From the NCBI GenBank assembly GCA_020430505.1, contig JAGQJT010000004.1:576-64575 (forward strand): a stretch of DNA of 64,000 nt, written 5' to 3'. Every line of letters starts with the position of its first letter. Position 1 is the first letter of the stretch. Position numbers and translations under genes: made by a program. The notes under the pieces were generated by a model that saw only the letters and a list, made by a program, of their open reading frames with translations, did no database searches and was not told the origin of the DNA. Shown here piece after piece: positions 53,783-61,432 of this stretch. Origin of the DNA: Nanobdellota archaeon. Lineage in GTDB: Archaea > Nanobdellota > Nanobdellia > Pacearchaeales > GW2011-AR1.

Positions 53783-55726
53783 TTAATAATATTCAACGAT
53801 TAATTTTGGTCTGTTAATAACTTCAGGATTATCGCTACTGAAGATTAAACAATAAGTGTCATTAGAGACCGTACTTAGAGCCAGACCATTATTTTGAGAA
53901 GGATCTAAAATCCAAGATTGAACTACTGAAGAAATATCAATCGAATACCAAGATTTAATCCCTTCAAAAGTAAATTCAAAAGAAGTGAAGTAATTTTCTG
54001 AAGAGGGAAAATTCTCTCCATTCACAGAATTCTCCTCCCATGGGGAAGTTACCTTTGAAATTCTTGCAATAGCAAGGTTAGGATAAGGCCCTAATCCAAA
54101 TCCATATAACTCCATTTTTGCAGAAACAATTGTTGAATTTTCTGGAATTTCATCAAGAGGAAATTGAATCAACATGCTTCTCCAACCCTCAGAACCTCCA
54201 GTAACATATTTTGAAATCTCCATTTCTTCTGTAGTTCCATCTCCATAATAAGTGGTATTCCCACTTACCCAATTTACCAATCCTGCAGAAGCGTCCTTTC
54301 CCTCTGGACCTGGTTGGAGGATAATGGAATTATTATTTGGAGTGACAATGTTCATTCCTCTTGTTTTCTCCCCAATTTTGCCGCTAGGATCTTTTGCTTG
54401 AACCTTAACGACATAATATGCCTTATTAGGAAAAGAATGTATCATGGTTTTTTCATAAACCCAATCAGTGTCCCAAACCCCATTATCCTCAAAGTCCCAT
54501 CTCACTTGACATTGGTCTTCTGGAACTTCATCCACAACAGCAGCTTTAAATGAGATTTCATTGCCCACATACCAAGGTTCAGGAGTATCTACTTGGATAA
54601 ACACTGTAGGAGGATTATTTGTTCCTCCTATCTGACCACTTAAAATTTGCTCATCGTAATTTATTAGATTATAATTTTTATCTGCAAGAGTTTTACTCAG
54701 GATTTTAATTTTTGCTCCTACTCCAATTTTTAATTTTCCATCGAGGTTCCAATTAATTGAACCCCCTGAACTTGAAGCATAAACCCCTAACCCTCCATCT
54801 GCATAAGCATATGGGCCTGCAACATCATAAAGAAATATATTGAATGCTGCACTTGCATAAGCTTCAAGAGAGAGGTTTGATTGCAAACTAGGATTAAATC
54901 CAGAAAAATCAAAATCCAACGATTTTATCATGTCCCACTTATTGTTTTCGTATTTTAATCCCCCTTGAAGTTCGAAGGATTGATTAACTTTTGAAGAACA
55001 GACTGAGATGCTTCCGTCTGCTTTTAGAACTACTTCTATAGAAGGAGTGATGTATAACGGAACTATTCCGATCGTTCCGGCAAGAAATCCTGGAAGATTT
55101 TGGCTCCAAATTATTTTTTCTTTATCTTGAAGATAAAATGAATCGTTTGCGCTTATTTGAAGCGAGGATTCTTCAGAAAGAATATTGATTATCAAAAACT
55201 TTTTTAGCTTCCATTTCTCTATATCAATTTCTCCATCAACAGAGTAATTGAAAAAAAATTGGCCATTTATAAAAACCCCATTTGAAATCTGGATATTATT
55301 GAAATTAAAACCAAAATCGAATCCTTTTTTCTCAATAAAGGTGACTCCTTCCGGGAGAGAAGATTTATACTTTTCTGAGGGTTTTATCTCTTTTGAAAAA
55401 GAAAGAGAACCATCTTTAACAACTTCTTCGATTGAAGCTTGTTGAGTGTGAATTTTTCCCCCAGAAACAGATTTTACTTTCTTAAGAAAGCCCATAGGAG
55501 TTGAAGAAGAAAATCCTGTAACAATAAAATCTCCAACAGATATTCCAGAAGTTCCGGATAATGAGATCGTTCCTTCGTCAGAATAAGACAAAACTTCTCC
55601 TGAAGAAATCTCAAATAATTCCTCACCAGAAGGTCCCACAGGAATTCCTTCCTTTTCAAAGGAATTTTCTTTTTTGCAACCAAAAAGGGCCACAAATGTT
55701 AATACGATTAAAACTAATTTTTTCAT
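53783..55726 (-). CDS. lipoprotein with a PKD domain and a C-terminal DNRLRE-type domain
   Basis: Lipobox LFGC. PKD-like VRWDFEDNGVWD. C-terminus: LIQFPLDEIPENSTIVSAKMELYG...VTSPWEENSVNGENFP...RPKLIVEYY. Confidence 0.75.
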   Translation of the reverse strand: MKKLVLIVLTFVALFGCKKENSFEKEGIPVGPSGEELFEISSGEVLSYSDEGTISLSGTSGISVGDFIVTGFSSSTPMGFLKKVKSVSGGKIHTQQASIEEVVKDGSLSFSKEIKPSEKYKSSLPEGVTFIEKKGFDFGFNFNNIQISNGVFINGQFFFNYSVDGEIDIEKWKLKKFLIINILSEESSLQISANDSFYLQDKEKIIWSQNLPGFLAGTIGIVPLYITPSIEVVLKADGSISVCSSKVNQSFELQGGLKYENNKWDMIKSLDFDFSGFNPSLQSNLSLEAYASAAFNIFLYDVAGPYAYADGGLGVYASSSGGSINWNLDGKLKIGVGAKIKILSKTLADKNYNLINYDEQILSGQIGGTNNPPTVFIQVDTPEPWYVGNEISFKAAVVDEVPEDQCQVRWDFEDNGVWDTDWVYEKTMIHSFPNKAYYVVKVQAKDPSGKIGEKTRGMNIVTPNNNSIILQPGPEGKDASAGLVNWVSGNTTYYGDGTTEEMEISKYVTGGSEGWRSMLIQFPLDEIPENSTIVSAKMELYGFGLGPYPNLAIARISKVTSPWEENSVNGENFPSSENYFTSFEFTFEGIKSWYSIDISSVVQSWILDPSQNNGLALSTVSNDTYCLIFSSDNPEVINRPKLIVEYY

Positions 55727-55752
55727 AGTAAATTTTATTTTTAATTAATAAT

Positions 55753-56445
55753 TTATTTTAGAACAAAACTAATTGGAATGTTATATTGCACCCTTACAGG
55801 TTTTCCTCTCTGCTTTCCGGGGCTCCACTTGGGCATTGCTTCTACAACTCTTATTGCTTCCTCGTCACACCCTCCTCCAATTCCTCTTAGTAATCTCACA
55901 TCTGTAACCGAACCATCTGTTTCAACTACAAAAGTTAAAAACACCCTTCCGGAAATATTTGCTTCTCTTGCGACCTTAGGATATTTTAGATTTTGAGCAA
56001 GGTATTCGTGAAGACCTTTTTCTCCTCCGGGAAACTCTGGCATTGATTCCACTACAATAAAAATTTGTGATTCTTCTTCAGTTTCTTCCTCTTCTTCAAA
56101 AATTTCTTCTTGAGGGATGTACTCCTGAATCACTGTATTTTGATCTGCTTCTACATTAATTTCCAAATCATCTTCAACTTCAAGATCATTACTTACGACA
56201 TCAATTCTAGTTGGTTGAGTGACTAGAGGAGGAGGGGGAGGTTTTGCCTCTTGCTCCGTGATAGGGATGAACTCTTCAGGAATATCTTCAGTTTGCACTA
56301 TGAAGATTTCTTTCTCTCCTGAATCATGGGATTTAATTTCAAGTCCTCTCCAGATTAAAAAAAGGACAATGATTAATCCAATCTCAAAGAAAACTGGTTT
56401 CCACCGTTCGAGATCTGCTTTTTTAGATTTTCTTTTGTCTTTCAT
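55753..56445 (-). CDS. tonB: energy transducer TonB-family protein
   Basis: N-terminal TM segment, PPPPP linker, acidic region. C-terminal domain: MPEFPGGEKGLHEYLAQNLKYPKVAREANISGRVFLTFVVETDGSVTDVRLLRGIGGGCDEEAIRVVEAMPKWSPGKQRGKPVRV. Confidence 0.85.
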   Translation of the reverse strand: MKDKRKSKKADLERWKPVFFEIGLIIVLFLIWRGLEIKSHDSGEKEIFIVQTEDIPEEFIPITEQEAKPPPPPLVTQPTRIDVVSNDLEVEDDLEINVEADQNTVIQEYIPQEEIFEEEEETEEESQIFIVVESMPEFPGGEKGLHEYLAQNLKYPKVAREANISGRVFLTFVVETDGSVTDVRLLRGIGGGCDEEAIRVVEAMPKWSPGKQRGKPVRVQYNIPISFVLK

Positions 56446-56493
56446 TGTTTTAATTTTTAAAGTTATTAAAATTTAATTTATTTCATAATAATA

Positions 56494-57120
56494 TCAAATC
56501 CATTTTTTCAAAGGAATTTTTTTATTCAACCTATATATGACCAAGGGAAGCCAAACAGGTATACAACCTAAAAACATATACGAAGGAAGAAGAGAATATT
56601 CTAGATTCCAATTTGGAATCACCAAAAGCATAAGGCCATAACCCAATCCAAAAACAAACCATAAATAAGGCCTATCTGTATGGGGTTTGATCCAAGCATT
56701 TCTTATGGCGGGAATCAAACCAAAAAAATTGGCAACTAGAGATAAAACCAAAACCCATTTTGATCTTTCTGGATCTTCAAGGAATACCAACCAGGAAATT
56801 AAAGCTCCGATTGAAAGAGTGCCGCATAGATAATCCCAAAAAGAGACTTTTCTATTTTTTGATTTTAATAAAACCAATAGCATTATAGTTGTTGAACCAA
56901 TTAGTCCTGCAAAAGGCGCCAAAAGATTCAAACCCAACCCTCCAGAGGAATAAGAAGAAAAAAGAATTACAAAAGAACTTAGGGAAAAAATTACCCAAGT
57001 CACAATTGGAAGTTCGATCTCTTTCAAATTGGAGAGAGTTCTAATTGAAGGGACATATGCAATGAAGATTGTCAAAAAGGAAATCATTGCAAGCTCTAAA
57101 CCGCTATCAAATTTTTCCAT
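56494..57120 (-). CDS. integral membrane protein (about 6 TM), unknown family
   Basis: Hydrophobicity pattern only. Confidence 0.55.
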   Translation of the reverse strand: MEKFDSGLELAMISFLTIFIAYVPSIRTLSNLKEIELPIVTWVIFSLSSFVILFSSYSSGGLGLNLLAPFAGLIGSTTIMLLVLLKSKNRKVSFWDYLCGTLSIGALISWLVFLEDPERSKWVLVLSLVANFFGLIPAIRNAWIKPHTDRPYLWFVFGLGYGLMLLVIPNWNLEYSLLPSYMFLGCIPVWLPLVIYRLNKKIPLKKWI

Positions 57121-57161
57121 AACATTTTATTTTAGTTTATAATTATGTGAATTTCAAATTG

Positions 57162-57238
57162 CTCCCTTGACAGGATTCGAACCTGCGACCTCCAGCTAAT
57201 CAATGATACTGGGCTCTAACCAACTGTGCTACAAGGGA
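57162..57238 (-). tRNA. tRNA-like gene B1 with a non-canonical anticodon arm (4-5 bp stem, 11-13 nt loop)
   Basis: Reverse complement: TCCCTTG TA GCAC AGTTGGTTA GAGC C CAGT-ATCATTGATTA-GCTG G AGGTC GCAGG TTCGAAT CCTGT CAAGGGA G. The acceptor helix is extendable to 9 bp. Confidence 0.5.
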
Positions 57239-57267
57239 GCCTCCTACCTGCAGGATAATGAAAGATT

Positions 57268-57456
57268 TTATGCTGATGTTATTTCATCGGCCACACTAAA
57301 GTTTTTTTTGAAATACTCTTCCTTTAGCATTCCCACTCCTAAGTCTGCAACATTTTTGGCAATATGGGAATTACCTCCACTTTTTACAGATGCGACATAA
57401 ACCTTTTTCCAGAATTTCCGAATTTCTTTATCGGACAAAGTTTTTTTGATTGACAT
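57268..57456 (-). CDS. hypothetical small protein (62 aa)
   Basis: aaaggag SD; MSIKKTLSDKEIRKFWKK... Confidence 0.5.
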   Translation of the reverse strand: MSIKKTLSDKEIRKFWKKVYVASVKSGGNSHIAKNVADLGVGMLKEEYFKKNFSVADEITSA

Positions 57457-57487
57457 ATTAAACTCCTTTCTATTTTTTAGTTTATAA

Positions 57488-57985
57488 TTAATTTATTTCA
57501 GGCAGATCGTCCTGGTTTTTATGAGGTCTCAAATGACGCACTTCTTTTGTTTCAGGAGAAATTCTGAAAACCAGAAAGTTATTGTTATTTGATTTAATTA
57601 CCATAAAAGATTTAGGATGCGATTTCGATGGACCAGTGAGACCTTTTACCTTACCAAAAAATTCGATTGGATCAGCTCCAATTAAACGATAAACTTTTTC
57701 TTGCTCAAAGAACCTAATGTCTGTTCCGTAAGCACATTTTTCTTCAGAGAATTTTTCAAAGACATTTTCAAAAAAATCTTCAAAATTTTCCGTTGCGACA
57801 AAAGTTACATTTCTCCATAGAACGTCTTTTAATTTTTCTAAAGAAGAACAAACTCCATATAAACCCATTAAATTTCTCAAGGATTCTTTGGTTTTTTCTT
57901 CGATTAAAGAATCAAAACCCAAGAGGGTCTTTCCCTTAAGTAATTCAAAAAGGTCTTCTAAACTGATTAACTCAAGATTTTTCAT
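57488..57985 (-). CDS. DLPEI-tail family protein, paralogue C
   Basis: Shares three elements with 62739..63218: the N-terminus (LEDLFELLKGKTL), the core EKVYRLIGADPIEFFGKVKG, and the C-terminal KNQDDLPEIN. Confidence 0.65.
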   Translation of the reverse strand: MKNLELISLEDLFELLKGKTLLGFDSLIEEKTKESLRNLMGLYGVCSSLEKLKDVLWRNVTFVATENFEDFFENVFEKFSEEKCAYGTDIRFFEQEKVYRLIGADPIEFFGKVKGLTGPSKSHPKSFMVIKSNNNNFLVFRISPETKEVRHLRPHKNQDDLPEIN

Positions 57986-58064
57986 AACATTTTTTATTTT
58001 AATTGTTAATAATTTAGGAAATTAAGAAAAAAGCTAAGATAGCTAAAATTAAAGTTATTAGCTG
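57975..58064. repeat. ~90-nt repeat, copy 2 (see 53594..53682)
   Basis: Hand alignment. Confidence 0.85.
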
Positions 58065-58133
58065 AATTAAGAAAAGCGCTTTAGAAAATCCTGAAGAATC
58101 TTCAGCTTCATTTTTTGAATTTTTTGTTTTCAT
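58014..58133 (-). CDS. small membrane peptide P2 (39 aa)
   Basis: MKTKNSKNEAEDSSGFSKALFLIQLITLILAILAFFLIS*. The track ORF 58014..58244 extends spuriously into the tRNA-like gene. Confidence 0.55.
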   Translation of the reverse strand: MKTKNSKNEAEDSSGFSKALFLIQLITLILAILAFFLIS

Positions 58134-58174
58134 TTTTTTAAATTTTGAATTAATTATTAAATAAGAATCAATTG

Positions 58175-58258
58175 CTCCCTTGGCAGGATTCGAACCTGCG
58201 ACCTCTTTCTTGGAAATCAGTGAAAAAAGAAAGCACTCTACCACTGAGCTATAAGGGA
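58175..58258 (-). tRNA. tRNA-like gene B2 with an expanded anticodon arm (5-7 bp stem, 15-19 nt loop; contains a canonical Gly-UCC loop TTTCCAA preceded by 12 extra nt)
   Basis: Reverse complement: TCCCTTA TA GCTC AGTGGTA GAGT G CTTTC-TTTTTTCACTGA-TTTCCAA-GAAAG AGGTC GCAGG TTCGAAT CCTGC CAAGGGA G. Confidence 0.5.
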
Positions 58259-58308
58259 ACCTCTTTTAATTTAAAAGAAATTTAAATAATCCTAATTAAA
58301 GGTTGGAT

Positions 58309-59988
58309 TTACTTGATTAAAATTTTCTGGCTTTTTCCAGAATTTTTATCAATAACCAAGTAAATTTCTGAATTTAGAGTTTGGTCTTCACGGATTTCTT
58401 TTATATTTTGATATATTTTTCCGTTCACGACCTGTCCCATTAAATTCAATAATTGAAATTTTCCAGAAGACAATTCCTGCATGTCCATTTCATCGGTTAT
58501 AATCTCTGAAGATTTAGAGTTATCTTCAAAAATTATTCTGAAACGAACAGGATTGTCTAAAGGAGTATGAGAAAAAGAGTAATCAGAAGCGGTTAAATAA
58601 TGATATGAATGTGTTTTCGTATCAAACAGTTTCACATCGAAATCTCCATCAATTTCATTTTCCCAAATACTTATTTCAGAAGTTCCGGAGAAATCACAAG
58701 CCAACCCTAATGTTGCCATTGTACCATCAGAATAATCATCAAGAGTATTTATTAGCATATTCTGACTAGCATCGCAGATATAAACCTCGCTTAAAGTTTC
58801 TGAGGGTAACCATGGAACATCTGCTTGCAGATCATACCCGAACGTAACTAATGCGTGATTATAAAATCGAAACATTACTTCATTTGAGTAGGGGTTTGTT
58901 TCATCTCCCCAATTCACTTTAAAAGAGATATAATCTCCATCGGTAGGAGATTCTAGAACTCCTTTCAAAATCCCTGATGAGATAATATCTTGTCCGACTT
59001 TCCAATAAAAATCGCTTCCAAAATACTTAGCGGAATTATTAACTCCCAGAGAAGAAGAAGTTGAGCCGGCTTGGCCAATAAAAGCTTGCCTTACTGCAAT
59101 GTACCTATCCGCCGTCCCTTCTGCAGGAAAAATAAAGAAAGGAGATTTATGATAGACATACGCCCCAAGATTAGAGTTATTTGGATCTCCATTCCAAACA
59201 AAATAAGTTGTTGATGTGGAATTCTTGGTCCATCCTCCTGATGCATCCCAATCAAGAGTAGTGGGGTAAGGATTTCCCATTAGGTTCCAGCCTTCATCTT
59301 GATAGGAGAGAGTTCCTGAAGAATAACTTCCGGTTTTGAACAATCCAGAAACAGTTATCTCTGAAGGACTTTTTGTTGCATCACCAGAATAACTAGAACC
59401 TTTAACTTTCTCTTTTCCTTCCAAAAATTCAGGTAAATCTGAAGAAGAATTTGAAAAAACAGCAAAACCTTCAAAACTTCCCAGGGGGTAATTTGGATTT
59501 GTCAAATATTCCCAAGAATTGGTAGGTTCATCAAAAGTTTTTACATACATTCCTGAAAAAATCCCCAATAGTTGATTTTCTACAGGAACAATTATGAACT
59601 CCCACTGGTCCTGATCAAAAGCAATTTTATAAGTGCCATACGCTCCAGTTCCATTGTAAAAGAAAAAGGCTCCTGATTCTAAAACAAGTCTTTCAGGATC
59701 ATCTCCTTCGGAAAAAGTGCCATCAACCTTTAAACCAATTCCTGATTGAACTGTTAAAACAGCTCCAGAATTTATCGTGAGGTTATTAAGCGTAACATCG
59801 CTGCTGTTTATCACAGGATCATTTGTTACATTTGGTATTACCACATTGGCTCCTGAAGATGGAACAGAATTTGTGTTCCAATTTGAGGCAGTATGCCAAT
59901 CAGTACTTGTTGATCCGTCCCAAGTTTGTGCGACGGAAATTGCTGTTATTAAAAACAGCGCCGAAATTAAACTAATAAGTTGTTTCAT
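58309..59988 (-). CDS. secreted protein with a T9SS-type C-terminal sorting tail
   Basis: Signal peptide ...ITAISVAQ. N-terminus TWDGSTSTDWHTASNW. C-terminus ...LLNLMGQVVNGKIY...EIYLVIDKNSGKSQKILIK. Confidence 0.65.
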   Translation of the reverse strand: MKQLISLISALFLITAISVAQTWDGSTSTDWHTASNWNTNSVPSSGANVVIPNVTNDPVINSSDVTLNNLTINSGAVLTVQSGIGLKVDGTFSEGDDPERLVLESGAFFFYNGTGAYGTYKIAFDQDQWEFIIVPVENQLLGIFSGMYVKTFDEPTNSWEYLTNPNYPLGSFEGFAVFSNSSSDLPEFLEGKEKVKGSSYSGDATKSPSEITVSGLFKTGSYSSGTLSYQDEGWNLMGNPYPTTLDWDASGGWTKNSTSTTYFVWNGDPNNSNLGAYVYHKSPFFIFPAEGTADRYIAVRQAFIGQAGSTSSSLGVNNSAKYFGSDFYWKVGQDIISSGILKGVLESPTDGDYISFKVNWGDETNPYSNEVMFRFYNHALVTFGYDLQADVPWLPSETLSEVYICDASQNMLINTLDDYSDGTMATLGLACDFSGTSEISIWENEIDGDFDVKLFDTKTHSYHYLTASDYSFSHTPLDNPVRFRIIFEDNSKSSEIITDEMDMQELSSGKFQLLNLMGQVVNGKIYQNIKEIREDQTLNSEIYLVIDKNSGKSQKILIK

Positions 59989-60052
59989 GAATTTAAAATT
60001 TTTTAATTTAACAAAAGTTTTTTACAGAACAGCTACTTTTTGAAAGATGCTA

Positions 60053-60214
60053 CTAATCAAGTCCCCTAAACTTGTGTACACATCTCCAACCTAGCGAAGG
60101 TTGGATTTTTTCTGCTTTAATATTGAATAAAACCTTCTCTGAAGAAAAATTCACAAGAAGATTTACTTTAATAAAAAAGCAGAAAAATAAAATGATAACT
60201 AAAATAAAAAACAT
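60053..60214 (-). CDS. possible 53-aa membrane peptide (doubtful)
   Basis: My translation gives MFFILVIILFFCFFIKVNLLVNFSSEK... Weak SD, and it contains a strong hairpin. Confidence 0.2.
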   Translation of the reverse strand: MFFILVIILFFCFFIKVNLLVNFSSEKVLFNIKAEKIQPSLGWRCVHKFRGLD

Positions 60215-60245
60215 TGTTTTACCTTTTTAGTTTGTAATTAATTTA

Positions 60246-60794
60246 TTAGTTAATTGGCTTGAATTTTAGGTCTTTTGGGGAGTTGAGAATTAGCAATAAC
60301 TTGTCCACAAGAGCATAAACATTTTTTTCAAATAAAGGAAGTTTTTCTTTTTCATATTTCAAAAGAAAATACCCATTGTAAATGTTCATCCCATTTTGTA
60401 TGAAAGAACTTCTTGTCAGATCAGCGGAAAAATTAATGCAGCTATCAGTCTTGTCACCTAAAACAAGATGTTTCATAGAGACCTCCCAAACAGTTGCCTC
60501 CAAATAAACAGAATCTTTTATGGTGTATTGAATCTCAAAAGACCTTCCATGAGCATCTTCAAAATCCAACTTTTTCTGAAAGTCTGTACCAGCATAGATT
60601 TTTGCATACCCTATTCTTTCTGCTAATTTAACTAGTTCAATTATCTTCCAATTGGGAGAATCAGCCTTAATCTCATCAAAAGAAAAATCCCTTAATTTAG
60701 AAACTTCTTTTGGAGTTTCTTTTTTTAGAAAATCTTGAAAAAGAAAAGCTGAACAAAGTAGTATAGAAAAAATCAAAAAAATTCTTTTTTCCAC
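60246..60794 (-). CDS. secreted or lipoprotein, unknown function
   Basis: GTG start with aaaggag SD; signal LIFSILLCSAF. Confidence 0.6.
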   Translation of the reverse strand: MEKRIFLIFSILLCSAFLFQDFLKKETPKEVSKLRDFSFDEIKADSPNWKIIELVKLAERIGYAKIYAGTDFQKKLDFEDAHGRSFEIQYTIKDSVYLEATVWEVSMKHLVLGDKTDSCINFSADLTRSSFIQNGMNIYNGYFLLKYEKEKLPLFEKNVYALVDKLLLILNSPKDLKFKPIN

Positions 60795-60816
60795 AATAAA
60801 CTCCTTTCTATTTTAA

Positions 60817-60863
60817 GTTAGAAAATAAATTAATTTATTGAATTTCCGGAAGATCTTCTTGGT
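60817..60863. repeat. 47-nt exact repeat, copy 1 (identical to 62721..62767)
   Basis: gttagaaaataaattaatttattgaatttccggaagatcttcttggt. Spans the C-terminal EDLPEIQ codons, the stop and the palindrome AATAAATTAATTTATT. Confidence 0.95.
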
Positions 60864-61329
60864 CTTTCGAAAGTTCTAAGCATGAAAAATAATCCTCGTC
60901 TCCAGAATTAAAAATAAGAGAACCTCCTCTTGTTAATAAAACAAGATGGTGTTCCCAAAAACTAAACCCACAGCCACATTCCGAAATTACTTCTCTTGTG
61001 TTAATGTATCCTAAAACCTTTCCGGAAAAAATAATGGGATCTCCTTCGGAAAAACGATAAACTTTTCCTTGTTCAATTTCAAAAGAATAGAGTTCTTGAG
61101 CACATCCAACTCCTTCTCCTTCAAGAACATTTTTTCTAATCTCCTCTTCTGAAGAAGTAGCAAAAAAGATCCCTTCTTCTTTCAATGCGCGAATGAGCGC
61201 AACTTTTAGACCAGAATCTTCTGAAAGAGTGGTTGGAGAAAAAGGGTATCCCGAACTTCCACCAAGTAGAATTTTTCATTCGCAAAGTTTTAGAACTTCA
61301 TCAAAGGATAATTTTTTTAAATGATTCAT
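60835..61329 (-). pseudogene. DLPEI-tail family paralogue B, interrupted by an in-frame TGA (61276..61278)
   Basis: From ATG 61329 (aaaggag SD): MNHLKKLSFDEVLKLCE*KILLGGSSG...ALIRALKEEGIFF... continues in frame into track ORF 60835..61185. Ends KDQEDLPEIQ. Confidence 0.6.
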
Positions 61330-61432
61330 AACAAACTCCTTTATTTATTAAGTGAGAAAATTTTTTGAATTAAAAAAGAACAGCTTCGCCGAAATTCATT
61401 GAAGCTGTTCATAAAAAAGGAATGGTTAATTA

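Noticed and set aside
57160-58260. The two tRNA-like genes as attL/attR of an integrated element
   Set aside because: Only about 1 kb lies between them, holding a small peptide, a DLPEI-tail gene and a 62-aa ORF. There is no integrase, recombinase or phage gene anywhere in the window. Both copies retain full-length tRNA-like 5' halves rather than only a 3' fragment.
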